NCBI GenBank assembly: GCA_964360975.1
Contig: CAYHYY010000004.1
Span: 1-36,212, forward strand
Length of the DNA stretch: 36,212 bases
Direction: 5' to 3'
DNA from: an uncultured Candidatus Saccharibacteria bacterium
GTDB taxonomy: Bacteria; Patescibacteriota; Minisyncoccia; Phycocordibacterales; Phycocordibacteraceae
The notes below the pieces were generated by a model, which saw nothing but the letters and a program-made list of their open reading frames with translations, did not search any database and had not been told where the DNA came from. Positions 1 to 10,447 of the stretch are shown here, one piece after another; position 1 is the first letter of the stretch, and the number at the start of each line of letters is the position of its first letter. The translations under genes were made by a program, and so were the position numbers.

Positions 1-48
1 CGGAAATGAGCGGTTTCGGTTCGGGTACCGCGGGTTTCCGGACATGCT

Positions 49-936
49 CTAGCGCGCGTAGCGCGCATAGATACCCGATGGAAGCAGACGGTTCCCACTT
101 GATTCCTCGATGGTCAATTCACCCTGCGAAACACTCCCTTTATGTAATCCAATCAGCGCCTCCAGATTTTGCTTAAATACGAGCGACGAATAGCCTGCCG
201 CGTAGCCATTCAAAAGTACGAAAAGTGGATCATCTATCAAGAGTTTCCCGCAGCTCTCTAAGAGTCCCAGGAAATGTTCCTCGATCTTCCAAAGTTCGTC
301 CTTGGGACCGTGCCCGAATGCAGGCGGATCCATGATAATCGCGTCGTAGCGATTCCCCCGTTTCACTTCGCGCGTCACAAATTTTACCGCGTCGTCAACG
401 ATCCAGCGGACAGGGCTGTTACCGAGCCCCGACCATTCTGCATTCTCGCGCGCCCAATCGACCGCGCTTTTTGAAGCATCGAGATGAACCACCTCCGCAC
501 CAGCTTTTGCCGCTATCAATGTTGCACCACCCGTATACGCGAAAAGATTTAACACTTTTGGAATTCTCTCGGTCGAGGTGCGAGTACTGATTACTTTTTC
601 AATCCACTGCCAGTTCGGCAGTTGTTCAGGGAAAAGACCGACGTGTTTAAACGATGTGGGACGAATGAGAAACGTGAGCCCCCCAAATTGTATCGGCCAC
701 TGGCGCGGCACATCCTTCTTCATGTGCCACGAGCCAGTCGCACCCTTCCGCTCATACCATGCGTCCGCCTTCTCCCAAGCTTCAGGAGCGCGACGCTTCC
801 TCCAGAGCGCCTGTGGGTCGGGGCGAGCTAATACGTATGCACCGAATCTTTCAAGTCTTTCCTCTTCACCAGAATCAATAAGTTCGTACTCCGCGCTTGC
901 CTTTGTAATCTCTGTTTTAAGCTGCATGACTTGCAT
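49..936 (-). CDS. class I SAM-dependent methyltransferase (RlmI/YwbD-like)
   Basis: 295-aa ORF. SAM motif I region VLNLFAYTGGATLIAAKAG and motif IV DAIIMDPPAFG. Alternative start at M4 (927). Confidence 0.75.
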   Translation of the reverse strand: MQVMQLKTEITKASAEYELIDSGEEERLERFGAYVLARPDPQALWRKRRAPEAWEKADAWYERKGATGSWHMKKDVPRQWPIQFGGLTFLIRPTSFKHVGLFPEQLPNWQWIEKVISTRTSTERIPKVLNLFAYTGGATLIAAKAGAEVVHLDASKSAVDWARENAEWSGLGNSPVRWIVDDAVKFVTREVKRGNRYDAIIMDPPAFGHGPKDELWKIEEHFLGLLESCGKLLIDDPLFVLLNGYAAGYSSLVFKQNLEALIGLHKGSVSQGELTIEESSGNRLLPSGIYARYAR

Positions 937-953
937 GGTACCCTAGCAACACG

Positions 954-1724
954 ATGTCCGAAACTCCAGCGCTGGTCGTCGAAAAACTAAAGAAAACATA
1001 TAGATCAGGCTCTGTCGCGCTGAAAGGAGTCTCCTTCACGATCCCCCGTGGTGACTTCTTTGCGCTCCTCGGACCAAACGGAGCGGGAAAAACCACTATC
1101 ATCGGCATCGTGACGGGGCTCGTCACGAAAAGCGAGGGGAGCGCCGCCGTGTTTGGTCACGACATCGATCATGACCATGAGAAAGCGAAAACCTACATAG
1201 GCCTCGTTGGCCAAGAAGTAAATTTTAATCCGTTTGAAAAATGTCTCGACATAGTCGTTAATCAAGGCGGGTATTACGGCATCCCGCGATCAATCGCTAT
1301 TCCGAGAGCGAAAAAACTACTCGCCGATCTTGGCCTCGCTGAGAAAATGAATATGCCCTCTATGTCGTTGTCTGGTGGTATGAAGCGACGCCTCATGATT
1401 GCGCGAGCACTGATTCACGAGCCAAGATTCCTGATCCTCGATGAGCCGACTGCGGGCGTGGATGTAGAACTCAGACGAAACATGTGGGAATATCTGGAAA
1501 AATTGACGGCATCAGGCGTCACGATACTGCTCACCACGCACTACCTCGAGGAAGCAGAGCGCCTCGCAAAACATGTGGCTATCATCTCCAAGGGTGAAAT
1601 AGTCGCAAACGGCACGATGAAGGATATACTCGCGCTCTACGAAACAGACGCGAATGATAAATACGCAACATCAAAACTTGAGCAGGTATTTATGAAACTT
1701 ACTTCAGACACCAAGACTGTATGA
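954..1724 (+). CDS. ABC transporter ATP-binding protein (ABC-2 type exporter)
   Basis: Walker A GPNGAGKTT, ABC signature LSGGMKRR, Walker B FLILDEPT. ATGA overlap with the downstream permease. Confidence 0.9.
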   Translation: MSETPALVVEKLKKTYRSGSVALKGVSFTIPRGDFFALLGPNGAGKTTIIGIVTGLVTKSEGSAAVFGHDIDHDHEKAKTYIGLVGQEVNFNPFEKCLDIVVNQGGYYGIPRSIAIPRAKKLLADLGLAEKMNMPSMSLSGGMKRRLMIARALIHEPRFLILDEPTAGVDVELRRNMWEYLEKLTASGVTILLTTHYLEEAERLAKHVAIISKGEIVANGTMKDILALYETDANDKYATSKLEQVFMKLTSDTKTV

Positions 1725-2497
1725 CACCCTACCAGCAATGGATCAGCTTCTACACCATCGTCCGGAAGGATGTCGTCCGCATGGTGCGCATATGGCCGCA
1801 GACATTCCTTCCGTCCGTTATCACCTCAGTCCTTTACTTTCTCGTATTCGGAGCAGTTATTGGTCCACGCATCGGGGAATTCGAGGGCTTTTCATACATG
1901 CACTTCATCGTCCCTGGCCTCGTCATGCTTGCGGTTATCACCAACGCCTACTCGAACGTGGCGTTTACCTTCTTCACGGGAAAATTCTTCTCGCGAAATA
2001 TCGATGAGATACTCGTCTCTCCTACGCCTGCGTGGCTTTTGATAGCGGGCTACGTCGCGGGAGGCGTCGTCCGAGGCACGGTAATCGGCGTCATGGTCAT
2101 CCTCGTTTCACTTTTCTTTGCCGTACCCCCACTTTTGCACCTCGGCACGCTCATCCTTTTCCTTGTGGTGACGAGCATCATTTTCTCTCTTGCAGGACTC
2201 GTCAACGGTATTTATGCAAAAAACTTCGACGGCATCACGATTGTCCCGACTTTTGTCCTCGCGCCACTCGTCTACCTGGGTGGAGTATTCTACTCGGTCA
2301 ATATCCTTCCGGAATTCTGGCAGAATCTGACGTACCTCAATCCTATCTTCTATCTCATCAACGGTTTTCGCTACGGATTCCTCGGTATCACTGACGTCTC
2401 GATTGCTACAAGCATAGCGGTGCTGCTCTCCCTAACGATGCTTCTCAGCGGCGTAAATTGGTACCTGCTGAAAAACGGCCTCGGCCTCAAGCAGTAG
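1721..2497 (+). CDS. ABC-2 type transporter permease
   Basis: 258-aa polytopic hydrophobic ORF, translationally coupled to the ATPase gene (start overlaps its stop). Confidence 0.8.
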   Translation: MTPYQQWISFYTIVRKDVVRMVRIWPQTFLPSVITSVLYFLVFGAVIGPRIGEFEGFSYMHFIVPGLVMLAVITNAYSNVAFTFFTGKFFSRNIDEILVSPTPAWLLIAGYVAGGVVRGTVIGVMVILVSLFFAVPPLLHLGTLILFLVVTSIIFSLAGLVNGIYAKNFDGITIVPTFVLAPLVYLGGVFYSVNILPEFWQNLTYLNPIFYLINGFRYGFLGITDVSIATSIAVLLSLTMLLSGVNWYLLKNGLGLKQ

Positions 2498-2498
2498 C

Positions 2499-3791
2499 TT
2501 ACATAAGTTGAAGATGCCTTGCGATCGGCGTTCCGCTTATGTACTGCATATAGAGCTGCAAAACTTCGGGAAAGTGAGCCTTGACCCAGTTGGGACGAGT
2601 CAGGTATAACTCTGTGAATTCAGCAAAAAGCTCTGAGTAATTCCAATGTTTCTGTCTGAAAATCTTTTTTTCATGCTCAGCAAGCTTCTTAATGTAACGA
2701 CTCTTCATCCGATCATCATACAATTTAAACCCAATCTCCTTAGGTTCCTTCGGAGGCTCTATCGGTTCAGGAGTGTTGTGGTGGAACCACGAGTCAGATT
2801 TTCCTATCAGTACGGCCCTAACCATGTCGTTCATGAGAAGCGTGTGCGATTCGTGATAATTGCTCAGTCCTCCAGTGCCACCAAAGGCATAGAACTCCAT
2901 CGCGTGGCCTAGCTCGTGAGCACAAGCTCTTCGGCTTCGCCCTCCCATTTCGATATACATACGGAACAGCCCGAATGGAAGATCGATGTAGTTACTCGTG
3001 TTCAGTTCAGGCTTGTTATTTCTGTAGAACTTAATCTTAAATTTATTGAGAACAATATGAATCTTCCCTCTGTGCACCGTACAATGTCCTCCTGTACCTT
3101 CCTCTATCTTGTAGTTAGGGTCACCAGTAATCTTCTTCATCTGATCTGCCGTTTTCAATTCTGCTATCCGGTCGATCACTTTTTTCAACTGCTTCTTTTT
3201 TGCGGATTTTTCTCCAAGAATAAAGTGCGCCCCTTTGTTTTCTCGGCGAGAGTCCTTCGGATAATGTCCTGGGGCAAGCTTTGCATAAAATTCACGACCA
3301 AATCTATGAGGACCGAATCCCTCACGATCCTTCTCGACAAAAATCTTATGCAGCCATCTTCCAGATGCATACCCTGCGGTACCGCTAGCGAGAACCGCAA
3401 GGATGCTTGGCGGGAATAAAAACGTACTGGCGATTCCTCCAATGACAGCGACCGGGAGACCGTACGCGCTCGCTTGAAGCTCATTCCATAGAAACTTTGA
3501 AAATCGTGCTACAGACATACCGTACAGCCGAGCAGTATCGCTCGCGCTGACCTTTAGAGTCGATTTTTCAGGAAGTGGCGGTGCATCGTCAGGTAACAAT
3601 TTTATTCCTGGAGGACGCACGGCATTTTCATTCGCTGCTGCATACCGCACTTCTTGAGAGGGTTTTGAAATTGGAAGATCAAAAAGTGATATTTCTGCAC
3701 TCGAGAATCGTGCGAGAAGTGCTTTTTCCCGCTCTGTATTCTCCGTACTGAAGCGAAGGCGCTCATTCATAAAGGGGTAAACATTGTACAA
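2499..3791 (-). CDS. hypothetical membrane-anchored protein with zinc-metallopeptidase motif (HELGH)
   Basis: 430-aa ORF. One hydrophobic segment (GLPVAVIGGIASTFLFPPSILAVLASG) and a single HExxH motif (AHELGHAMEF). No wider family recognised by eye. Confidence 0.5.
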   Translation of the reverse strand: MYNVYPFMNERLRFSTENTEREKALLARFSSAEISLFDLPISKPSQEVRYAAANENAVRPPGIKLLPDDAPPLPEKSTLKVSASDTARLYGMSVARFSKFLWNELQASAYGLPVAVIGGIASTFLFPPSILAVLASGTAGYASGRWLHKIFVEKDREGFGPHRFGREFYAKLAPGHYPKDSRRENKGAHFILGEKSAKKKQLKKVIDRIAELKTADQMKKITGDPNYKIEEGTGGHCTVHRGKIHIVLNKFKIKFYRNNKPELNTSNYIDLPFGLFRMYIEMGGRSRRACAHELGHAMEFYAFGGTGGLSNYHESHTLLMNDMVRAVLIGKSDSWFHHNTPEPIEPPKEPKEIGFKLYDDRMKSRYIKKLAEHEKKIFRQKHWNYSELFAEFTELYLTRPNWVKAHFPEVLQLYMQYISGTPIARHLQLM

Positions 3792-3870
3792 TTTAATTTT
3801 CTTCTTGTCAATTTCTATCTTTTGACGCTTTTCCCTCCCCTGTGGGGTGCTACTCTAAGTAAACTGCCAT

Positions 3871-4485
3871 ATGCTCTTCTTTGACCTCCCCCAACTCATC
3901 CAGACCGTTGGCTACATCGGCATCGGCGCAATTGTCTTCGCTGAGTCGGGACTCTTCTTCGGTTTCTTCCTTCCCGGCGATACGCTCCTCTTTACAGCGG
4001 GATTTCTTGCCGCACAAGACTTACTCAATATTTGGATACTCGTGCCACTTATTGTGGTCGCCGCAATATTGGGCGATTCCATTGGGTATTGGACGGGAAA
4101 CAAAACTGGACCGCTCATATTCACGCGCGCAGAATCGTTCTGGTTTAGCAAAAAGAGACTCGAGCAAGCTCAAGATTTTTTTGAGCGACACGGGGGTAAA
4201 AGCATCGTACTCGCCCGATTCGTTCCATTCGTTCGAACATTCACCCCCATCGTGGCGGGTGCCGCGAACATGCAGTACCGGACGTTTCTGATATACAACA
4301 TTAGCGGTGGAGTCTTATGGGGTTCAGGCCTCACGCTTGCTGGGTACATCCTCGGAGAAACCGCGCCTCAGGTAGAGAAATATCTAATACCTGCGGTCAT
4401 TGCCGGTTTTATCGCGTTCACCGTCGGCACCTCAATAATTCCACTCATCAAACGCTACATCGAACGCAAATCGAGTCTTCAATAG
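3871..4485 (+). CDS. DedA family membrane protein
   Basis: 204-aa multi-pass membrane ORF with the DedA/SNARE-associated region ARFVPFVRTFTPIVAGAANM. A TGcTACTCT -10-like box lies 14 nt upstream. Confidence 0.8.
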   Translation: MLFFDLPQLIQTVGYIGIGAIVFAESGLFFGFFLPGDTLLFTAGFLAAQDLLNIWILVPLIVVAAILGDSIGYWTGNKTGPLIFTRAESFWFSKKRLEQAQDFFERHGGKSIVLARFVPFVRTFTPIVAGAANMQYRTFLIYNISGGVLWGSGLTLAGYILGETAPQVEKYLIPAVIAGFIAFTVGTSIIPLIKRYIERKSSLQ

Positions 4486-4502
4486 CGGCATGGAACATTT
4501 TC

Positions 4503-6215
4503 CTATTTGACCCCGAACGCCTGCAGGCCCTGCTCATAGGTCAAGACCGATACCCCTGATTGCGCAACCGCATTCATCATTTGCCCGAACGTAATCGATG
4601 GCGTGTAGTACGCATCGTCTCCGGTATTCGCTATCGTATGGAAGACAATCACTTCCCATTTATTGCTCGACTGCCCTTCTGCAATCCATGAAGCGATATC
4701 CGCGACAGTCGTCGTATTCTTTACCTGCCTAACTTTTATGTCGTACGGGAACGCGCCTTGCGGATTGTCGCCAACCTCAAACGTTCGTGCGGACGTGTAA
4801 CCTGAACTTTGCGCATTCCCAATTAATGCCGCGTTGTATGCGCCGAACGGCCACGAGATGCTCTTTATGGTGAGTCCGAGTGCCTCAAGCAATGTCTTCG
4901 AGTTTGCTATCTGCTCAGCTGCTTGCGCCGGGGACAGCGCTACGAGATTCGTATCGTTGTTCATGGCGTGAGAGACTATTTCCCAGCCGCTCGCTTGAAG
5001 CGCTTGCACTTCGGCACTCGTCATGACTCCCGGTTGACCGAGGTCACCGACAGGGATTGATGCCGACCCCTTAAAGCCGTGGACGTCCATGAATGGTTTT
5101 GCGAGCGAGTACACACTGCTTTCTCCATCATCAAACATGATAGTAACCGCTGACCGCACTGTCGGCTCTATGGGGGTCACCGAAACATCATCAAAGTATG
5201 CCGTTCCGGAAGCGCTACCAAGCATTGGAATCACAAAGATGTAATCGATCGGTTTTTGCGTCGCAAGCGTGCCCGTATTGAACCCGATCCAACGCCAGTC
5301 AAAAGTGCCGTGGTTTGGAACAGTGTTCCAGTACCCCACCGTGCCGTCAGTGTAATAAATCTCCGCGTAGAGAGACGCGCCAAACCACGATCCTGATGCC
5401 ATCACTATGCTTTGTCCTTTCACGTACGCTCCAAGAAATACTGGCTTGACCGATGTTTGATGCAGGTCAAACCGTTGATATGCACCTGCAAACTGATTCG
5501 TAGCCGTATTCTGAAGACGAATACCCCATTGGCCAGTGTGCGGCATCGGATAGCGTGCGTACCCGCGCTGAAACGCTTGCCAGTCATAGGCGATTTCCGA
5601 GCCTCCAGATTCAATTTCGAATCCGCCATTATTGAGTACATCAGCGACTACAGGGAGCGTTACCTCACACGTTCCTTGCCCACCATCGCCATTAACTGTT
5701 GCCGTGTACAGCGTCGTTACTGATGGCGAGACTGCTACCGAACCTGCTGAAACTGGGAAGACACCCCCTAAACCGTTATTAAGTGAGACCGACGTTGCAT
5801 TGGTGCTCGTCCATGACAACGCCGAAGATCCCCCAAGGACTATTGCTGTTGGGTTGAGAGAAAGCGTGCATGATGGAGGTACCGAGGATGGTGGAGGTGG
5901 AGGAGGTGGCGGCGGTATGAGAACACACACCCCATTTGATAGCTCGTAGCCGCTCGGCACCGTGATTTGTCGACCGTCTAAATTTGGGCACACGTCGACT
6001 CGAGGAGGCCTGCGAGTACTGCAACGCGTCGGTGTCACTGCAACATCTGATTCCGATTCAAATTGCGAGCGTACGTTACAAACGTACGATACGGCTGCAT
6101 ACGCATTCAGCGAATCACCGTTCGTCACAACCGAGTGTCCGAAATCAATTGAAAACCATGCAACAAATGCAAACGCAACGAGAAAGAACGTGGAACCTAA
6201 TTTGTTTGACATCAT
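4503..6215 (-). CDS. secreted/anchored multidomain polysaccharide deacetylase (NodB domain)
   Basis: 570-aa ORF. In order: N-terminal anchor, poly-Pro linker, Ig-like segment, NGGFE-type carbohydrate-binding-like module, then a C-terminal NodB homology domain (VTIMFDDGESS, IVSHAMNND). Confidence 0.75.
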   Translation of the reverse strand: MMSNKLGSTFFLVAFAFVAWFSIDFGHSVVTNGDSLNAYAAVSYVCNVRSQFESESDVAVTPTRCSTRRPPRVDVCPNLDGRQITVPSGYELSNGVCVLIPPPPPPPPPSSVPPSCTLSLNPTAIVLGGSSALSWTSTNATSVSLNNGLGGVFPVSAGSVAVSPSVTTLYTATVNGDGGQGTCEVTLPVVADVLNNGGFEIESGGSEIAYDWQAFQRGYARYPMPHTGQWGIRLQNTATNQFAGAYQRFDLHQTSVKPVFLGAYVKGQSIVMASGSWFGASLYAEIYYTDGTVGYWNTVPNHGTFDWRWIGFNTGTLATQKPIDYIFVIPMLGSASGTAYFDDVSVTPIEPTVRSAVTIMFDDGESSVYSLAKPFMDVHGFKGSASIPVGDLGQPGVMTSAEVQALQASGWEIVSHAMNNDTNLVALSPAQAAEQIANSKTLLEALGLTIKSISWPFGAYNAALIGNAQSSGYTSARTFEVGDNPQGAFPYDIKVRQVKNTTTVADIASWIAEGQSSNKWEVIVFHTIANTGDDAYYTPSITFGQMMNAVAQSGVSVLTYEQGLQAFGVK

Positions 6216-6361
6216 AATATTATTGTGGAAAAAGTGCGTTTGTCCCGTAAGTAGGTTCCCACTACCCCGTCAGCCTACCATAGTGACCTCCGGGGTCATA
6301 GTTGATAAATTCTTGGCGCATTGTATAAACTAACTCGAGTGCTATGGTATAGAAAATCATC

Positions 6362-7426
6362 GTGAAAAAAGTTTACTTGCTGGTAGGAATCGGCATGGCG
6401 CTCTTTTTAATCAGCTTCTTCGTCGTGCGCACGGCGGCACTCACCGAGGAGATTGCTACACCTATAGAAACCGCTGAAGTAAAGCGTCTTGATAGGGAGA
6501 TCTCTCTAAATCAAAATAGTGCTCCAGCATCCGGGGTGGCCTCCCCTGTCGATGAGGCGCAAATCGCGCGACGCACATTTGGCATGAAACTCGTCAATGA
6601 GGATGTGACTGATGAAGACCTCGATTCCCTGAGCGACCTTGGCATCACTATTATTGAAGGCGAGTGGGGCATGGAAGATGCCACCCCGCAGCAAGTACTG
6701 GTTCTCCTCGATCGCGTGCGCGCGCGCGATATGAAGCTCATTATGAATTTCACTGACGAATCAGCGTGGGGGTATGGAGAAGAAAAAAAGAATACCACGA
6801 AGCCCGTTTGGCAAAGCGAGGCGGTGCAATCGTATGTGCGCGCGCTCAAGAATCATCCAGCGCTCTATGGGTACGATATTTCAAATGAAGCGGGAGAAAA
6901 TCTTCCGCATGGTGACTCAGTGCGCATTACCGCTGAACAGATGTTGGCCGCCGCAAACGACGTTCGGACAATTGATGCGACACATCCTATTCTTATGCGC
7001 ATGCATTACTGGGACAGATTTGATGGAGACTTTACTGCTGCAAACCCCTTTGCGGCGGGCATAGCCGACATCGTCATGTTGAATCTGTACTCAAATTGGA
7101 CTCGTGATGGGATGAAGCCGGAGACCCCCAACATGCTTTTCCTGTCAGGACAGTCGCTCGTCGATACGGTAAAGGCGGTTGATCCTCACGCGCGCGTTTG
7201 GATTGCGCTCGCCGCATTTCGTGAGCAGCCATACTTTCTTAAACCCAGCGCAGCAGATCTACAGCGCGACATCGACGCAACCCTCTCTATTAAAGGTATC
7301 GAAAATATTTCATTCTTCGGTTTCGGACCTGAGCGCTACCCCAATGAGGGGTCAGGTTGGGATCTCACGCGCGATGGCAAAGATCTGCTCGAGGTGATGC
7401 GAAATGCAATTGCGCGGAGTAGGTAA
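6362..7426 (+). CDS. putative secreted glycoside hydrolase (TIM-barrel, clan GH-A-like)
   Basis: 354-aa ORF with GTG start and N-terminal signal/anchor. YGYDISNEAG resembles the NE acid/base motif of GH5-like enzymes. Family assignment is tentative. Confidence 0.5.
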   Translation: MKKVYLLVGIGMALFLISFFVVRTAALTEEIATPIETAEVKRLDREISLNQNSAPASGVASPVDEAQIARRTFGMKLVNEDVTDEDLDSLSDLGITIIEGEWGMEDATPQQVLVLLDRVRARDMKLIMNFTDESAWGYGEEKKNTTKPVWQSEAVQSYVRALKNHPALYGYDISNEAGENLPHGDSVRITAEQMLAAANDVRTIDATHPILMRMHYWDRFDGDFTAANPFAAGIADIVMLNLYSNWTRDGMKPETPNMLFLSGQSLVDTVKAVDPHARVWIALAAFREQPYFLKPSAADLQRDIDATLSIKGIENISFFGFGPERYPNEGSGWDLTRDGKDLLEVMRNAIARSR

Positions 7427-7428
7427 CC

Positions 7429-9120
7429 TTACCGTTTCGGGCTTATCCATCGGCCATCTGATTTCGTAAAAAACGCTAAGGGGAGCGCATAGAGAAACAC
7501 AAGCGCGTCAATGTATCTAAATACTATGAACGCAAACCCATTGAGTAAGAGAACGGGTTTTTTCTCGTAGAGTGCTACGACGACGGTCATGAGATAGTCA
7601 GTGATGACAAAGAGCGCTGCTGCAAAATACGCGACTTCGAAAATTGAGAATGATGAAACATACGGGACATGAAGAAAGGCGGTGGGTGCCAAAAATTGGA
7701 GAAGAAAAAAGAGCGGAGCGATCACTATAAAGACGCTGGCGATCATTGATTCTGTGAGAAAGAGGAAAAGAGATACGCTAAAAAAGCTTGGCCAAAACCC
7801 ATGACGGCGCACTGTCTGCCACAACCCCAAATTCCATCGCTGCACCTGTTTCACATAATCTCTGAACGTGAGCGGATCTTTTGATACGCCATGAACGCGC
7901 GAACTATAGGCAACGATGCCGAGCTTTTTGTGATAAATCTCGAAGGTCATATTGAAATCCTCAATAACCAAACCAGGTGCATTGACCGCAATATGCCTGA
8001 GCGCACTCGATCGATACATACTCGCAAAGCCAGGAACTATCGGTGAGGAATTTGTGTACTTCCATGTCTGTCCATAGCGAAATGTCGCCTGAAGCATTCG
8101 ATAAAACCGGACTCGGTACGATCGAATAAGACCGGCGACTGAAAGCGTATCTTCATCAGACCAATGCGAGAGGGCATGCACGGCGACCGCAGCGACATCA
8201 GGATCATCAAAAATGGGGAGCGCGTTCTCAAAATAGTCTCCTCCTACTTCAGAGTCAGCATCAACGATCATCACCAGCGTAAATCGTTCAGTAAGTCGGT
8301 GTTCTTCAATGAGTAATGCGAGGACATTCGCCTTCCCTCGATTGGGCTGTATGTCGAGAACGGTCGCCCCCAAAGATCTCGCAACTTCGACGGTGTTATC
8401 AGTTGAGGCATCACTCCCCACAAATATATTTTCGACCGGCATGAACACGCTCAATGATTCTATGGCCTTTACGATGGTCTTTTCTTCATTGTGCGCCGCA
8501 ATGATTGCTGCTACCTCAGGAGGCTGAATGCGTCGCAGGTTGACGGTACTCATGAACGCCCGGCGTTGCCTATCATCATTATTTAATTCCGATCCCATAC
8601 TGGCTCCAAGAAAAGCAAAAAATGCAGAATGGGCTAAGAGTAATTCGTGCACGATCATGGTCCCAGGGAGATTGGTCGACCAAATGCTCGGATTAAAAAT
8701 TATGACCGAAAGAAAGTAATAGAGCCAAAACAGCGCGCCAGTGAGAATGCCGCTCGCGATCGGTGTCTCTGTTTCAATTCTTGCCGCAATATATCCTGAG
8801 AGCGCGACAAAAAATGTCCATGCCGCGATTGATGAGTAAGCCGGCGCGAGAGAGCCAAGCGACGTCACCTCAGGCGCTATCCCCGTCACTAACACAAATA
8901 AAACAAAACCCCCATAGGAAATTAAAAAACCAACTCCAACACCGACTATGCCAAAAAGCCCATCGAAGAGACGCGTATGCCGTTTTACAAAACGCTTCAG
9001 GTATTCAATCCCCGGTTGTAACCCGAGTGCAATGTAGGCATTTTCGGAGAGGTAACGAAGTAACCCGATCGCCACCCAGAAGAGGAAACTGAAGCCCACG
9101 AATGGATAGAACCCGCCCAT
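7429..9120 (-). CDS. processive family-2 glycosyltransferase (membrane-embedded polysaccharide synthase)
   Basis: ORF 7429-9195 trimmed to ATG 9120, 1 nt after the upstream stop. Polytopic N- and C-terminal membrane regions flank a GT-A domain (DASTDNT, VDADS) carrying the processive-synthase motif QVQRW (QxxRW). Confidence 0.8.
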   Translation of the reverse strand: MGGFYPFVGFSFLFWVAIGLLRYLSENAYIALGLQPGIEYLKRFVKRHTRLFDGLFGIVGVGVGFLISYGGFVLFVLVTGIAPEVTSLGSLAPAYSSIAAWTFFVALSGYIAARIETETPIASGILTGALFWLYYFLSVIIFNPSIWSTNLPGTMIVHELLLAHSAFFAFLGASMGSELNNDDRQRRAFMSTVNLRRIQPPEVAAIIAAHNEEKTIVKAIESLSVFMPVENIFVGSDASTDNTVEVARSLGATVLDIQPNRGKANVLALLIEEHRLTERFTLVMIVDADSEVGGDYFENALPIFDDPDVAAVAVHALSHWSDEDTLSVAGLIRSYRVRFYRMLQATFRYGQTWKYTNSSPIVPGFASMYRSSALRHIAVNAPGLVIEDFNMTFEIYHKKLGIVAYSSRVHGVSKDPLTFRDYVKQVQRWNLGLWQTVRRHGFWPSFFSVSLFLFLTESMIASVFIVIAPLFFLLQFLAPTAFLHVPYVSSFSIFEVAYFAAALFVITDYLMTVVVALYEKKPVLLLNGFAFIVFRYIDALVFLYALPLAFFTKSDGRWISPKR

Positions 9121-9121
9121 A

Positions 9122-10447
9122 TTACCTGCCGATTCCTCGGTAGGTGATGCCTGCAGCTTCAAACGAAGCCTTGTCGATGCAATTTCGCCCGTCAATGACT
9201 ATGTGCACGCCATGTTCTTTAAAGAATTCTGGACTCAACACCTTAAACGCTCTGTGCGCCGTTGCAACGACAACGGCGTCTTTCCCTTGCAAGGTATCGC
9301 TGACTGAACTCTTCGTTGAGAACTTTGGAATGTAGGGATCGAACACGTCAACCGTAGCGCCCTTTGATTTCAAGAGTTTAATAATTTTGTGTGAGGGACT
9401 TTCGCGGTGGTCATCAATATCGCCTTTGTAAGCAACGCCGAGGACTGCGAGGGAGCTTCCTTTCAAAGATTTTTGATTTTCGTTGAGTGCATCAGAAACC
9501 GCCTGCACTAAAAACTCAGGCATCTGATCATTGATGCGGCGCGCAAGGGAGAGAAAGTCATGGTAGAAACCGTTTTTCTTCGCATGCTCGATGAGATAGT
9601 ACGGATCAACGGGGATACAGTGACCGCCAACGCCGCAACCCGGATAGTGCGCCATGAACGCAAACGGTTTCGTCGCCGCACCATCGATAACGCGCACCGT
9701 ATCAATACCAAGAATAGAGAATGATCGAGCGAGCTCATTCACAAATGCTATGTTGATGTCCCGAAAAGAGTTCTCCACGACCTTTACCGCCTCGGCCTCC
9801 TTTAAGGACCCCATTTTCATTACGGTCCCAGCAATCAACGACTCATAGAAGAGAGCCGCACGATCCAGCCCATCTTTATCAGAGGCACCGACAACCCTAT
9901 TGATATTCCCCACGTGCCATTGTGAATCTCCGGGATTAATACGTTCTGGGCAATGCGCGAGATGAAAATCTTTTCCGCATGTGAGACCAGAACCTTCTTC
10001 GAGCAGCGTTAAGACAACTGTTTCAGATACTCCGGGGTTGACAGTGGATTCCAAGATTACTAAATCACCCTTTTTCAGATACGGCGCTATACTGCGCGTG
10101 GCGCCAATAATCGGCTCAAGATTTGGTGTGTAATCTTCGTAGACGGGAGTTGGTACACACACGACAATGATTGAAGCATCTCGTATCTTTGCGAAGTCCT
10201 CTGTAAATTCCGCTTTCGTAATCTTTAATTTATCTGACAATACTTGTTCGCTGAACGGCATTTCTCGTTTTTTAAGGAGTGAAATTTTAGCCGTGTCGAT
10301 ATCAATGCCGACGACCCCATAACCTTTTTCAGACGCCAAGAGTGCCACCGGAAGACCGACGTAGCCCAACCCCACTACCGCAACCGTAACCTTGTCAGTT
10401 GCTGAAGGTGATTTTTGCAATAGCAGATCATTGAGTGCTGGTTTCAT
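9122..10447 (-). CDS. nucleotide-sugar 6-dehydrogenase (WbpA/TviB/WecC-type UDP-N-acetylhexosamine dehydrogenase)
   Basis: ORF 9122-10528 trimmed to ATG 10447 (ATGA overlap with the upstream gene). Rossmann motif VAVVGLGYVGLPVA. Catalytic-Cys motif GVGGHCIPVDPYYL. Confidence 0.85.
   Translation of the reverse strand: MKPALNDLLLQKSPSATDKVTVAVVGLGYVGLPVALLASEKGYGVVGIDIDTAKISLLKKREMPFSEQVLSDKLKITKAEFTEDFAKIRDASIIVVCVPTPVYEDYTPNLEPIIGATRSIAPYLKKGDLVILESTVNPGVSETVVLTLLEEGSGLTCGKDFHLAHCPERINPGDSQWHVGNINRVVGASDKDGLDRAALFYESLIAGTVMKMGSLKEAEAVKVVENSFRDINIAFVNELARSFSILGIDTVRVIDGAATKPFAFMAHYPGCGVGGHCIPVDPYYLIEHAKKNGFYHDFLSLARRINDQMPEFLVQAVSDALNENQKSLKGSSLAVLGVAYKGDIDDHRESPSHKIIKLLKSKGATVDVFDPYIPKFSTKSSVSDTLQGKDAVVVATAHRAFKVLSPEFFKEHGVHIVIDGRNCIDKASFEAAGITYRGIGR

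Noticed and set aside
937-953. Only 17 bp separate the divergent methyltransferase and ABC ATPase start codons, which could suggest overlapping divergent promoters.
   Set aside because: No -10 or -35 boxes can be assigned with confidence, and the methyltransferase may start at M4. There is too little evidence to call it a feature.
5889-5915. Similar (GGN)n/(CCN)n tracts at 5889-5915, 11886-11990 and 35257-35282 were considered as a dispersed DNA repeat.
   Set aside because: They are low-complexity coding tracts (poly-Pro or poly-Gly) in unrelated genes. The similarity follows from codon composition rather than a shared element.
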